A DNA stretch of 64,000 bases. Origin: the human T2T-CHM13v2.0 reference genome, Homo sapiens. Below the pieces are notes generated by a model. That model worked only from the letters and a program-made list of their open reading frames with translations. It had not been told where the DNA came from and ran no database searches. Positions 17,348 through 35,073 of the stretch are shown piece by piece. The stretch lies in assembly GCF_009914755.1 (NCBI RefSeq), contig NC_060930.1. The stretch is one strand, 5' to 3'. The translations under genes were made by a program, and so were the position numbers. The stretch's first letter is position 1. Every line of letters begins with the position of its first letter.

Positions 17348-18479
17348 TGATCCACCTGACTTGGCCTCCCAAAATGCTGGGATTACAGGTGTGAGCCACC
17401 GCACCCAACCTGCACATTTCTTTTATTATGTTTAAGCCTTAAGCCAATAAAATTTTGGGTTTCCTATCTTATATAGCCAAATTCAATCCTTAATGTCACA
17501 AACTGCTAGGGTCTGAGGCAGCTAACTCTGTATGTTAGGTCACAGCTAGACTGGCATCATAAAGTATCAGGTAACAGTATTATTTGCTTAGGTCATCTGG
17601 CTGGGACTGGTATGAACTCCACCTTATCTCCATCCTAGGATCCCTCAGGAACCTCAATTCCATCAACATGATTCTATCAACACAGGCCTCCCAGCCAAAC
17701 TGCCCCATCTATAAGGACCTCCCCAATCTCCTTAAATGCTCCCACATAGTCAAGCTGCATTTTGCTTTAGAAGGTTTTCACCATTCAGGATCTTAATCAC
17801 CTTCACAGTACAGCTTCCTCAAAGTCAGTTTCCACCCCTGAAGGCATTCTTACACCAAACATGAGCTTCCCAAGGCCCATCCCACTTGCCTCGTCATCCA
17901 TCCTGCAAAACAACTTTGCCCTGGCTTACTGCCCCCTCCAAGCTCTCCCTCTTTGATCGTGTTCCAGCTGCCAGGGAGTTCTTCCTCACTTTTTTTTTTT
18001 TTGATGGAACATAGAGAAATAGCAAGAGTAAGAATAAGAGCCAGAATCCAGGTGGCTCATCAGTAATTATGTAAATGCAGGCCAGTCACACCTTTCTTAG
18101 GCTTTATTTCCCCCATTACAGAAAAAAAAAAAAATGAGATAATGAAGGGGGAAAGGATTCTGAAATGTATAGGAAGCAATAGACATAAACTACCCTTATA
18201 TTCAGCCCAGGTCCCTGTAAGGCCACACCCTCTCCATGGAAGTGTCCTCATACCCCTAATCCACCGGCAGCCTCCCACATGAACCCCCTACTTCCTGAAT
18301 TTTACTGAGTAGAGCTGTGGTTCATCTAATTCTTTGTATACTAGTGACTCTCTTCAGGGATATGTGTCAATTTGATAAGATGTCCATCCTCAGGCTCAGG
18401 GCTCCTTTCAGGATTTACAAATGTGAAGGAGACAGTCTTCTCATATTTGATTTAACACTAGGGAAACAGAAAACTATAC

Positions 18480-18502
18480 CTGCTCAATGTGTCCCCAATG
18501 TC
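18480..18502 (-). CDS. TRIM27: TRIM27 coding exon 4 (23-nt micro-exon)
   Basis: TGCAG|GACATTGGGGACACATTGAGCAG|GTATAG = DIGDTLSR; the 23-nt exon typical of TRIM-B30.2 genes. Confidence 0.95.
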
Positions 18503-18844
18503 CTGCAAGAGAAAGGAAAAAAAATAACCATGAGAAGTCATTTAAAACTTCGGTTTTCTTTCACAGATGTTTGTTGAAAAACCAACTACAGACTGGCTCT
18601 CATGGGAGAAATTAGGGAGAAAAGGATCACTGGAACATAACTCAGTGTTGAGGAGCTAAAAGGCAGGCAGAGGAAAATGGGATGCATACTATTTGCTATA
18701 CCAGCATTTCCCATACCCTCCTTCAGTACCCACCATCCACTGGTCAAGGACCTCAGGATTTCAAATTTACTAACTTAAGCGTCCTATGATTGGACCTCAA
18801 GCTTGCCTACCTGTCCAGCTTGCTTTCTTTTTATTATGAAATAA

Positions 18845-19021
<177 letters not shown>

Positions 19022-19226
19022 TAGCTGGGACTACGGGTGTCTGCCATCACGCCCAGCTAATTTTTGTGTTTTTAGCACAGACAGCATTTTGCCATGTTGG
19101 CCAGGATGGTCTTGAACTCCTGACCTCAGGTGATCCACCCACCTCGGCCTCTCAAAGTGCTGGGATTACAAGTGTGAGCCAGCGGTGGCCTCTCCCTTCT
19201 TTCATACACAAAAAGTAGCATACTCT

Positions 19227-19292
19227 TGTCAGGCGCGGTGGCTCACGCCTGGGCAACAAGAGTGAAACTCTGTCTCAGGAAAAAAAAAAAAA
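19227..19292 (+). mobile_element. Internally deleted mini-Alu
   Basis: Alu 5' end joined to Alu 3' end at GCCTG, A-tail, 17-bp TSD AAAAAGTAGCATACTCT. Confidence 0.85.
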
Positions 19293-19750
19293 GTAGCATA
19301 CTCTCTATTTCACATTTTTATTTTCCACAAAGCAATATATACTGAAAACCACTCCGTATCAGTTCATAGGTATCATTCTTTTCCTTTTTTTAACTTGGAT
19401 AGTATTCCATAGTGTATATGTGCATAATTAACTAAAACAATCTTGTAGGTTTCTAAGTCAGACTATTTCCAGTATTTTGCAATTATAAAAATGTTGCAGC
19501 AGGTTATCTTGTGCATATGTATTTTCAAATATATTTTAATAGTTATATCTTCAAAGTAAATTCTTAGATTTTTAAAATTTTTTATTGATACGTAACAGAC
19601 ATATATATTTTGGGGGTGCATGCGATAATTTAACACATTCATAATTTGTAAAGAAATCAGTGTATTGGGATATCCATCACATCGTTAAATATTTGCCTTT
19701 TCTTTATGCAAGAAGCATTGCAATTATTCTCCTCTAGTCACTTTGGACTA

Positions 19751-20147
<397 letters not shown>

Positions 20148-22064
20148 CTATCAAACACTAGGTTTTATTTCTTCTATCAAACTGTATATTTGTACCCATT
20201 AATCAATCTCTCATCTCTCCTCCCTCTACCCTTCCTAGAAAAATTGTTAATTCTAACTGTGTGTATACATACACACACACACATACAGTTTTGTTAAATA
20301 TTGAGAAATTCTCCTCCAAAAGGGTCATGATTTTGCATTCCTACCAGCCCACTGGCATATGAGTGTCTCTCCGACACTTCGTCAAAAGTGTATTAAGTTG
20401 AAAATTTTTGCTATTGTAACGAGTAAGAAATGGTATTTTAGTGTGGTTTTAGTTTGCATTTCTCTTATTATAAGTACAGCTGAGCATTTTTTCACATGTT
20501 CACAAAGCAATTTATGTCTTTTGCAGCTTGTCTATTTGTGCCTTCAACCCATTTTTCTCTAGAATTTTGGTCTTTTCTCTCGCAATACTTAAAAGGTCTT
20601 TTTATATTAGAACTATCACTTGTATTTGTGATATTTGTGGCAAATATTCAATTTTAATACTATCTTCTGACTGGTTACAATGTGTGTGCGCTTTTTTCTT
20701 GTACTAATACCAACAGCTTTAATTATATGGGCTTTAAAATATGGTGTAGTATCTAGTAGGGCCAGTTCTCCCTCAGAGCTCTTCTTTCACAGTGTAGCCT
20801 ACCTATGTTTTTTTTTTTTTTTTAAGACAGAGTCTTGCTCTGTTACCCAGGCTGGAGTGCAGTGGTGCAATCATAGCTCACTGCAGGCTCAACCTCTTGG
20901 GCTCTAGTGATCTATCCCAGCTTTTTTTTTTTTTTTTGAGACAGAGTCTTGATCTGCCTCCCAGGCTGGAGTGAAATGGTGCGATCTCAGCTCACTGCAA
21001 CTTCCACCTCCGGGTTCAAGAGATTCTCCTGCCTCAGCCTCCCAGGTAGCTGAGATTACAGGCATGTGCCACCACACCTGGCTAATTTTTGTATTTTTAA
21101 TAGCAACGGGGTTTTGCCATGTTGGCCAGGCTGGTCTCAAACTCCTGACCTAATGTGATCCACCTGCCTCGGCCTCCCAAAGTACTGGGATTACAGGTGT
21201 GAGTCACTGCACCCGGCCTATCCCATAAAAATAAGCACATAATAATATGTGCTTATTTTATATGTGCATATTATTATGTGCTTATTTTTCTATCTGAAGT
21301 TGACTGTCAATTTGTCTAGATCCAGAAAAAGAGCTTGTTGGTATTTTTATTGAAATTGCAAGGGTGGGGGGGGGGGGATGAGGGATAACAGATTACTTAA
21401 TGGGTACAACGTACACTGGGTACCTGGGTGATGGTTACACTGAAATCCGAGACTTCACTACATAATATATCCGAGTAACAGAAAAAAAAAAGAAACTGCA
21501 TTTATGAATGTGAAGGACAACTTGCTTTCCCTGTCTTATCAAAGAATAAGTGATATCTCTTTATTTGTTCAAGTTTATTTTGTGTCTTTCAGGAATCTTT
21601 GAATGTTTTATAATTTTCTCCACATAGGTTTTTGTATATTTCTTATAAATTTATTCCCAGATATTTTATCACTTGTTTTTTTTTTGCAAATGGAAACAGC
21701 ATGTTCTCTTCTAATATGTCTTCTAGTGGCTGCTATCTGGCATATGAAGGCTGCTGATTTCTGTATGTTAACTTCTTTCCCAATTTGTATACCTATAATT
21801 ATTTTATTTAACTGAACTGGTTAGAACCTTTAATGCAGTGTTAAATAGAGATAAATGATACTGGGCATCCGGCCTGTTTCTGACCTCAATGGGAATGCCT
21901 CCAGTATTGCCCCATTAAGTAATATTTATCCTGCTTTTCCAGTGACTTCCAACATAAACACTTTTTGATATTCATGGAGCCCCTCCTCCCTTACTGAGTC
22001 CATGACTTCTTTCTTTCTCTCCTTTCCTCATCATCCACCTTCAGTTTCATGCTCCATCTGTTTA

Positions 22065-22247
<183 letters not shown>

Positions 22248-22250
22248 CTA

Positions 22251-22394
<144 letters not shown>

Positions 22395-22424
22395 TTAAAA
22401 AAAGGTTTTAAAGCCTTAATTATG

Positions 22425-22529
22425 GTGCTTGCTTCAGCAGCAGATATCCTCAAATGGGAACCATGCACAGATTAGCATGGCTCCTGCACAAGGATAACAC
22501 ACAAATTTGTGAACCATTTTCTACTTTTT
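22425..22529 (+). pseudogene. U6 snRNA retro-pseudogene (TRIM27 intron 3, antisense)
   Basis: GTGCTTGCTTCAGCAGCAGATATCCTCAAATGGGAAC...GATTAGCATGGCTCCTGCACAAGGATAACACACAAATTTGTGAA aligns along the length of U6, with a damaged ACAGAGA box. Confidence 0.9.
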
Positions 22530-23630
<1,101 letters not shown>

Positions 23631-24161
23631 AAGAAGGCTGGAAGGCTGGATGTGGTGGCTCACACCTGTAATCCTAGCACTTTGGGAGGCTGAGGCGGAT
23701 GGATTGCTTGAGCCCAGGAGTTCAAGACCAGCCGAGGCAACATGGCAAAACTCCATCTCTACAAAAATTACACAAATTAGCCAAGCATGGTGGTTTACGC
23801 CTGTAGTCCCAGCTACTTGGGAGGCTGAGGTGGGAGGATCATCTGAGCCTGGGAGGTCAAGGCTGCGGTGAGCCATGATCATGTCACTGCACTCCGGCCT
23901 GGGTTTCAGAGTGAGACCCTGTCTCAAACAACAACAATAAAAACTAAGGAAAAAAAAACACTCAAGTCCATCTTGCAAAACCCCAATCCTGGATGAGACT
24001 GACCATCTGCTTACTCAGTGCCCACGCCAGAGCAGTCAAGATTTGAGAAAGCAAAGCTGATAAGAAAGTTACACGACAGGGGCTGGGCACGGTGGCTCGC
24101 ACCTGTAATCCCAGCACTTTGGGAGGCCGAGGCAGAAGGATCACCTGAGGTCAGGAGTTCA

Positions 24162-24383
<222 letters not shown>

Positions 24384-24588
24384 TTACACAACAGGGCAGA
24401 ATGGTTACACTATAAATAGATGTTCACTGACCAAATACTCCTACTAGTTCTCGCAAACCAACTGTCTTTCCCATACTCTGAAACAATCATTTCTTCCCAT
24501 ACAACAGAAGACTCTCTGACACTAATTCCTGGCATATGTACTTTAGTTCTCATTTCCACCTGCCTTCTCAGGAACCGCACATTGCTGA

Positions 24589-24735
<147 letters not shown>

Positions 24736-25554
24736 TGAGTAGCTGGGATTACAAGCATGCGCCACCACACCCGGCTAATTTTGTATTTTTAATAGAGATG
24801 GGGTTTCTCCATGTTGGTCAGGCTGGTCTCAATCTCCCGACCTCAGGTGATCTGCCCACCTCGGCCTCCCAAAGTGCTGGGATTACAGGCATGAGCCACC
24901 GTGCCCGGCCAGTATATGGTTTCTTGTGGCTTCAGTGTTCTCCCTCACCTAGAAACCTTACAACATATACTCCTTTCCATACGTATTTTGAAAATATGTC
25001 TAACTTCTAGTTTCTTTAACCAACCCTTCCAGATAAAACTCCATAATCCTGTCTCGTCTCTAAGTATTTTATTACAACCCCTTAACAGTTGTACTTGAAA
25101 TAGTCATCTACTTGTGTAGTCTCCATTCACCTGACCTAGTCACTACTCAACTCCCCCTAATGTGGCTCCTGCCCCAATTATTCCATTGTGATAGTTCTAC
25201 CTAAGATCACCAATGATGGTCATGTTATTGAATCAAATGGGTATCAGCTTTGATATTATTTGACCTCAACTGCATTACTATGCTGTCCACTCCCTTCTTG
25301 CTTCGTCTCAAAAATAAAAAAAGAAAAAAAGAAAGAAAGAAATACATTTTTCTGATTTTTACCATTTAAAAATGTAAACTGGCCTGACGCTGTGGCTCAC
25401 ACTTGTAATCCCAACACTTTGGGAGGCCGAGGAGGGCAGATCACGAGGTCAGGAGTTTGAGACCAGCCTGACCAATATGGTGAAACCCCGTCTCTACTAA
25501 AAATACAAAAATTAGCCAGCCATGGTGGTGTGCGCCTGTAATCTCAGCTACTCA

Positions 25555-25677
<123 letters not shown>

Positions 25678-26796
25678 TTAAATTAAAATTAAAATGTAAA
25701 AACCATACTTATTGCCCAGGACATACAAAAACAGGGGATGGACCATAATTTGCTGACCCTTGCCCTATGCCATCATCCATTTTTATTTTTATTTTTTATT
25801 ATTTATTTATTTTTTTGAGACAGAGTCTCGCTCTGTTGCCCAGGCTGGAGTACAGTGGCGCGATCTTGGCTCACTGCAACCACTTCCTCCTGGTTTTGGG
25901 CAATTCCTTGCCTCAGCCTCCCGCGTAGCTGGGACTACAGGCACACCGCCATGCCTGGCTAATTTTTGTATTTTTAGTAGAGACGGGGTTTCCCCATCTT
26001 GGCCAGGCTAGTCTTGAAGTCCTAGACCTTGTGATCCACCCGCCTCGGCCCCCCAAAGTGCTGGGATTACAGGTGTGAGCCACTGCACCTGGCCCGCCAT
26101 CATCCATTTTTAATGGCTTTTATCAAATACCTATAAGAACTATCTGATCGCCACACTAAAATATAATTCAGGAAAGCTTATTTGGCACTTAATCCCAGTG
26201 CCTAGAATAGTGCCTGACACAAAGCAAATAATTAATACGCACTGAATGAGCAAACGACAGACAGGCATTAGCTCATTTCCTGTAGTCTTGCCGGGGTAGG
26301 TCTGCTGCAGCTTTATCACCTGCTCTACCAAGGTTAAATCACAGGACTGCTCAGGTAACCTAACCACTCCTGCTCAAGTGCTCATTGTTTTGTGGCTATA
26401 GTAATACATTAAAACTACAGGATACTGGAGTGAGGAGAGTCTTTGAATGACATGTGGTCTAAGCCCCTCATTACTGAACAAATGAGGTCACTGAGGCCCA
26501 AAAAGGTTGAGAGCCTTGCCTGTAATCAGACCACTTGTCAGTGCTGTGTAGGCACAAGCACCAGGTCTTCTTTTTGCCATTTCTATGAGACAACGCAATT
26601 GACTAATTCAAGTTGTGTGAACCAGAACTTCTAGTTTACACAGTTTCCTTCCAAGGTGCACAATATAGAGTTTGGCAAGCTCTTGCTATTCCTGCAGAGT
26701 TAAAAAGAAGACAGGGGGTCCTGGATACTACTTGGCAAAGGAGAAGGGACGATATTTTCAGTGGGTGCTGCTCTAGCAGGGCTCTGCAAGCCTTAC

Positions 26797-27027
26797 CTGC
26801 AGGAGCTCCCTGGTGGGCTGCTGCTGCTTCTCTTCTAGCTGAGCGATCAGGCTGCTGAGGTGGGAGATGTTGCAAGAGAACTGGGTGATGGCACCATTGA
26901 TGCTATTGTAGATGGCCAAGTCTAGCTCCTCAAGGCGGGCCAGGAGGCGATACTCATGCTCCTTTAAGGAGTGATACAGCTGCTCAAACTCCCAAACAAT
27001 CTTCTCCCTCTCCATCTGGGTTAGGCT
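26797..27027 (-). CDS. TRIM27: TRIM27 coding exon 3 (coiled-coil)
   Basis: TAG|[18 protein letters not shown]...PTRELLQ|GTAAG; 231 nt. Confidence 0.98.
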
Positions 27028-28675
27028 CTATGCAGACGACAGGGAAAGGCAGTAAAGAGAAAAACGGCTCATTTCTAGGGCCTTCATAGTTCTCCTGTGA
27101 CCATGTAGCCCAAGACCTCATTATGGATTAAAACAAGCACAGTGCTAACTCATTATTTCCAGTCTTTACTGACTGGATATATAATGCCCAGGAACTGAAT
27201 TACCCCAGTGATTATTAAGACATAGTCCCTGTTCTCAAGCAACTCAGAGAAGTGAGTCAGGTTCATATGATATACATAGTCATGGATGGGTAATTAAAGA
27301 TAGGGTGACAGCCTGCAATGAAAGAAACTGGTACCATCTTCACAGAAGCAATTTCACACAATGTTCATGTGATGAACAAGAATTCACCACATAGGCAATG
27401 AGCGGGAAGCCTTTCCAGGCAGAAGAAATGGCACAGGCAAAAGAGTGGGGAGAGAAAGCAAATGGTGCTATCTGGCTGGAGCACATGAGTGTTGAGGGAA
27501 GGGACCAGAAAAGGTAAGGCCTTGTCATGCCTGGCCTGGGAGGCTGGGGGTAAGGACTCTATCCCAACTGGGAAGCATGGAAGATTGTCACACAGGAAAG
27601 TGACAGGGTCAGATATGTGCCCTATGGAGGATGGAACAACCAATAACAGCTTCCTTGCCCAATTTCCCTGGGCCCTTCATATGTAATCCATACCCGCTGT
27701 CTGTCCTTCACGGGTGTTCACCAACTGCTGTCTCTAGCTTTGGGTAGGAGGGGGAGAGGTGCTCTCCCCACGATTCCCTCTTGGCGCTCATTTGTTTGCC
27801 ATAATTTACTGTCCTTCGTTCTTCACCCAACCCCCACCACCAACAGGACTCTATTATAAACTTTTGTTCTAAACAAGGAGCCAGGCTGGGCGCGGTGGCT
27901 CACGTCTGTAATCCCAGCACTTTGGGAGGCTGAGGTGGGCGGATCACCTGAGGTCGGGAGTTCGAGACCAGCCTAACCAACATGGAGAAACACCATCTCT
28001 ACTAAAAATACAAAAATTAGCTGAGTCTGTTGGCGTACGCCTGTAGCCTCAGCTACCTGGGAGGCTGAGGTGGGAGAATCGCTTGAACTGGGAGGCAGAG
28101 GTTGCAGCGAGCCAAAACCTCACCATTGCACTCCAGCCTGGATGACAGTGAGACCCTGTCTTAAAAAAAAAAAAAAAATTCCCATATACCCCTAATATAA
28201 ATTAACACATCAGCCACTTGTTAAGGCCTTGAGACTGGAGGAAGAGGGCAGAGTAAAAAATTCAGAATTAAGGCATTGTTAAGAAAGGAGAATAAGCCAA
28301 AGAGAAGCAACAGTGGGGATTACACAAATCCACTATTAGCAATTGTCTGCAGAATGGTACCAACGCAAGCTAACTGTATCCAATAATTTTACCTATCTCA
28401 GCTTTGCCAAGGATCAACCCTGGTCTACGCAGTTAGCAGGTTAAAGTAAACTGACAGGTCTGATTTCCAAGGGTTCCAAACTTGGCTTCTCCATGCTTTC
28501 CCCAAAAGTAAGGGAATCTTAGTTCTCCGGGTGAGTTCCCACTGCCATGTGCGGTTGATCCACCTCTACCTACAAGTTCTGGGTGACATGCTGGACAAGT
28601 TTAAGGGAAGTAACATCAGCTCTACAGAAGAGGAGAGCACCAGCAGAACCAACTGTGAATTCCAACAACCCTTAC

Positions 28676-28771
28676 CAAGAGTTCAGCTCGTGCCTGTTCC
28701 CCCTGGGCCCGACGTCTCTTCTTTAAATCTTTCACTCTTTTTAAATGGTCGAGCTGGTTCTGGATTTGCTC
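28676..28771 (-). CDS. TRIM27: TRIM27 coding exon 2 (coiled-coil)
   Basis: CTCAG|[32 protein letters not shown]|GTAAG; 96 nt, phase 0. Confidence 0.97.
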
Positions 28772-29849
28772 CTGAGAAAAGCAAAACAGATGGGCAGTTC
28801 AAAATTAGGTAGACCTTAGCATCAGCATGGTACTTCTTATCACACATGGAGTCCACACACCTGATGCCAAGTCTCCAGTTGGCGCTTGTCCTTAGGCCAC
28901 ACTGCCACCCACAAGAGACTCAGGGCGCAGGGGCAAACAAGCCACTCCTTTGGCAATCTGTGTCTATCTTAGCAGCCTGTGGCTTCAACCACTCAGCTAC
29001 CTCGTCAGGACTATTTGTGTCTATCTTAAACAATGAGTCATCTACCTGTCCCTGGTAGGATATTGCATGACTTAGCGGAACTGTGACTGGAGTAGGAGGC
29101 TTAGAACTATGTTGTATTGTAGCTCTTCCATATAGGTACACTGTGAAAGTGACTTATTTCCCTCATGTGTGAAATGGGCAAACACCATCTTCCCAACCTA
29201 CTCAAGAGTTCTCACCAGAGTGAGTGAAATAATATAGCTGAAAGGTCCATAAATGTTAAGTGATTGCACATGAATGTACTCATATTTAAACACGGACATA
29301 ATTGTGTACGCATTCCTGAAGCCCTCAACGTACAGAAAATACACAGTATCATGGACTCCTTGAAGGTCACCTTACAACTGTTTTATATGTAATACTTTGT
29401 TTCCACGTTTCTGTTTAGCTGTGCCAGTTCACAAAGGGCTCTGTGAGTCACATGATTCCACAATATTCCTCATAACTGTGTTATCTCCTGAGTCTCAGAG
29501 TGGTTAAGTGACTTACTCCAGCAGCGAAAAGCTGTTCTTTTCTGTGAGTTTCTAGACCAGGACGGATTGCAGGAAAGTGCTGGGGAAATGCTTATAGACT
29601 AAGGAATGGGCATAAGTCAGTTAACGTCCAACTGCGTTTTGTCTGAGAGCCGATGGGAGTAAGAGTGTCTGCAGCTTGTCGATGTGTACGCGGTTTTATG
29701 CACTTCTTTTAAACTGTCAAAAGGATGTCTCCGTGTACAATGTGTCCGTGAGACAGGTAACATGGGGGTAAACAGAGAAAAGAGAGTGGGGGTGGGGACA
29801 CTCCTGGCTTCCTCGCCAGCTACAGGTTTTCCTCCAAATCTGAGTGCTG

Positions 29850-31080
29850 AGGCTCTGGAGCGGACAGAGAGGAAATGACGGCTGTGAACCACACGTCCGG
29901 CTCAGCCATTTTCTAGGCGGAAAAAAGGAAGCCCCTTTGGCTCTCTCCTCCCTTTGTCCGACTCGCGCTCCCGCCCTCCCGGATCCGCGCCCTCACCTTG
30001 AAGCCCTCCACCGCCTCCTCGAGCGGCAGCACGCTGTGGCCGCGGTGCTCGCGGGAGCGGTCGCACACCACGCAGATGGGCATCTGGTCCTCCTCGCAGT
30101 ACAGCTTCAGGGGCTCGCGGTGCTTCTCGCACACGCCCATCTCGCCGCCGGGCCCCGACGGCCGCTCGGTGCGCAGCTGCTTTACCAGTTGGGTCACGTT
30201 GGCCAGGTGCCGGTTGGGCCGCATGTGCCTCTGCGGGAAGGTCTCCCGGCACTGCGGGCACGACACGTTAGTCTCTGCCGTGCCCCAGCAGCGGGCGAGG
30301 CACGCGCAACAGATGTTATGGCCGCAGTCGAGCATCATGGGCTCTGCGAAGTACTGCAGGCACACGGGGCAGGTGGTCTCCTGCTGCAGGCACTCGGCCA
30401 CACTCCCGGAGGCCATGGCGCCGGCCTGCGGGGGCGCACGGGCATGGGCCCCGGCGCCGAGCTCCGCACTGAGCCCAACTCTCCGGCGCTCTCTCCGGTT
30501 CGCTGTTCCTGAGAGGCACCGGGCGGACGGAGGGCGGCGCCTCCCGGGCCCGTATCCCAGACGCGCCCGCGCACCGAAGGCTTGGAGTGGCCGGGCCGAT
30601 GCCTGCGCCTGTGCCCCCTAAGCGAGAGCGGGAATACGGCCGGCTCACCGAGGCTCGCGGCCACGCTAGTGGGGCAGGAAAGGGTAGCCGAGGGTCAGAG
30701 TCCCAGGGCCAGGCGGGCAAAGCGCGCAAGACAACGTGGCCGCGTCCGAGCGGATGCCGGCGGCAGCGTAAACCCCACCCCAGCGCGAGCGGAAGAGGCG
30801 GCTCGCGGGGGCGGGGCTTGGCTCGCGCTTCCAGCGAGTGACAAGATTTCGTGGCCTGGGGGCCTGAGCTGTTTCCTCTTGGAAAGGCCGAGGAGGCTCC
30901 GCCACTCTCCTTTGGACTGGTCGCGCTGAAGCTCTATCCTAGGGCACTGGTCGCAAGAGCAGATGGTGCCACACGCTCCGGGCCTACAAACTTCAGCGGC
31001 TGCCGGGCCCGGGCCCCTCGTCTTTTGTTGGGTTTCCTCTTGGTGCCAGGTCTCAGCCCCTGCAAAAGAAAGCTGGCTTT
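29850..31080. promoter_or_regulatory. TRIM27 CpG-island promoter / 5' UTR
   Basis: Dense CpG and high GC across exon 1 and upstream; GC box GGGGCGGGGC ~30808-30817; ETS core CGGAAG ~30790. Confidence 0.9.
29997..30416 (-). CDS. TRIM27: TRIM27 coding exon 1 (RING + B-box 2)
   Basis: [19 protein letters not shown]...C3HC4 RING and [24 protein letters not shown]-box. Strong Kozak gccATGG; donor AAG|GTGAGG; 420 nt. Confidence 0.99.
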
Positions 31081-31390
31081 GGCCGCGCGCAGTGGCTCGC
31101 GCCTGTAATCCCAGCATTTGGGAGGCCAAGGCAGGTGGATCACGAGGTCAGGAGATCAAGACTATCCTGGCCAACATGGTAAAACCCCATCTCTACTACC
31201 AATAGAAAAATTGGCCGGGCGTGGTGGCAGGCGCCTGTAGTCTCAGCTACTCAGGAGGCTGAGGCAGCAGAATCCCTTGAACCCAGGAGGCGGAGGTTGC
31301 AGTGACCCGAGATCGCCACTGCACTCCAGCCTGCGGGACAGAGGGAGACTCTGTCTCAAAAAAAAAAAAAAAAAAAAAAGAAACGAAAAA
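31081..31390 (+). mobile_element. Alu at the edge of the TRIM27 CpG island
   Basis: Full dimer, TSD AAAGCTGGCTTT. Confidence 0.92.
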
Positions 31391-32533
31391 ATGAAAGCTG
31401 GCTTTGTATAGGTGCTGGGGAGCGCAAACACCTGGCCTCCCCAAGAGGCTGGAGGATGAGGAGGGTCACCGACTGAGCCCACCTGATAAGTGAGGCCTTT
31501 TATTAAACAGCCCCATTTGTAGGCACTTGCAGTTTTGTTTAGAAAAAGAAAGGTTTAATTATCAGATGGTAACATTTCTGTGTGTCAATAACAAGCCCAG
31601 TTCTGCTACCTCTCACTTGTGCCCAAGCAAGTTGGTTTACCATTCATTTACCTCAGTTTCTCCTCGTGTGAAATGGGGATGATAATTGTACCGCAGTAAG
31701 AAGTAGATTTCGTTACATCTTTTACTTTTTGAACCATAAGATTGTTTATCCATTAAAATGGTATTAAAATGCCCACTACGTAGGGTTGTTGTATTGAGTA
31801 GCAACTAAAAATTGCTTGCTCCTTTCTGAAGTATAGAGAAACTAAGAATCCTGCGGTGACCCAGGGTCTTGGAGTCCCACAATACTCATTGTCTTATCAT
31901 CCAGTAGACCTCCAGCATTTTTATGTTGCTTTCTTATCCCTTACTTGGTGTTTCCTAGTTTTCTTTGAGATTTTCTCAATATTGTCTTGCTATCTGAGCA
32001 AGGCGGGCTTCTGCTTCCAGACCATCACTTTATTTTTATTTTTTCAAAGTGAAAGTAAGATTATTAAGAAAATAAAGGAATAAAGAATGGCTACTCCGTA
32101 GGCAAAGCAGCCCACATCATCACTTTAGAGAGTTCCACTCTGGTCCTCTTCCCCATGGGACAAGAAGTCTGAGGGATTAAGTGGACTTGCCAGCCCCAAA
32201 CCCACATCTACCTTCTCAACCATACTCTGAGTACCCAGTCATTCAAATTCCAGTCCCAAATAGCTTTAGCCCATTTCCAGAAAAATGTAGAGTACTTGGG
32301 CCAGGCCACACCACAGTCTGGTCTTGGTTTGAGATTGGGTCAACAATGAAATTTGTAAGAATTAAAGGATATGTCTATTCTCATTTACTCCAAAAAGGAC
32401 TAATAAGCATTGCAATACAGTGCAGAAATATGAGAGATATGGATAGGTAGATAAAGCTGCCCTTCATCTTCTCCTTTACTTGGGGGATGCAAGCCTTGAG
32501 TTTGGCTTTGTTTTTCAGAATTGATTGTGTTTA

Positions 32534-32902
<369 letters not shown>

Positions 32903-33488
32903 TTAAAAAGGTAGAACAAAATAGATGAGTTAGGTAGAACAAGGTGGGAGTGGGGGAAAGGGAATATTTACATTAGCAATCTCTAACAGTCCCCTTCCTT
33001 TTTTTTAATTTAAAAAAGTTACACCTGTCTTTTTCTCAATAAATTTTGTAAGAAAAAAGAAATTTTAAGAGATGGGGTCTTACTATGTTGCCTAGGCTAG
33101 TCAAGAACTCCTGGGCTCACGTGATCGTGACCCTCCCATCTCAGCCACCCAAAGTGAGGGGATTACAGGCAGAAGCCACCATGCCCAGCCCCTCTTCCTT
33201 GAGTGTTTACTGTCTTCCCTTCATCATCCAGATTTCATGGAATTTTGATTTGCTTAATTTACCTGTTCATGTTAATTTCTATTACTAATCCTAACCTATA
33301 TTATTGCACCAGTGTGTCAGTTTACAAGTATTTTTCAAAGAATCGGTAACCGTGCAGCCTTCCCATTAATTTCTCTATTTGTACTTTTTCACTGATTCAA
33401 ATACCACCTCAAGGAATAGAATCATCCTTAAAAATTCTTAAAGAAGAAAATGCTTTTCATTCTGTCGCTTCTTACTCAGACATCTTCA

Positions 33489-34508
<1,020 letters not shown>

Positions 34509-34644
34509 TATACCGTTTTAAAATGAATTTCCTCCTGCCTCCTCTAAACCTCCCTGCCCTAAGGGAACGAGTGACTTTTACTAGTATTGGCCAAATCCAA
34601 GGGACACTTTTCAGTCTTCATCTTAACATCTCGAAGGCATTTTA

Positions 34645-35073
34645 TGTGGAGTCCTAATCAGGGAAAAGGAGTCAGGCTGGTGGGACCAGGGGAAAGCAAA
34701 GATAAAGCAAACAAGTGATAGGTCTGCTTTTTTTATGGCCCAGGGCACATGGCCCTCCTGTACATAACTCACAAACTTCCTGCTTACCATCAAACGCCTC
34801 GATTTATCAAGCACCTTGGCTGACAGAAGAATGCGGGTTAAGCTTCCTGCTACCTTAGCGTTATCAATCAGTCCAAGTTCCATTGTATAAAATCCCTAGC
34901 AAGTCTTTGTTTCTTTGTAGTCAGCTTCTCTTCTGTTGATACTGCCTGTTGTCTCCCTGGCAACATATTTTTCTACTTTCTCTAATAAATCTGCCTTTCT
35001 TTACCTACAATGGTCTTGGTAAATCTTTTCCCCCTACACCACAGGCCCAGTTAGTCGTCACTTACCTGTGACA
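34645..35073 (+). mobile_element. Solo ERVL-class LTR (LTR47-like) inserted in an L2 fragment
   Basis: TG...CA termini, 5-bp TSD TTTTA, TATAAAA ~34886, AATAAA ~34984. The family name is tentative. Confidence 0.75.

Noticed and set aside
29844-30621. Long + strand ORFs (222 and 207 aa)
   Set aside because: Antisense shadows of GC-rich TRIM27 exon 1; no domain signal.
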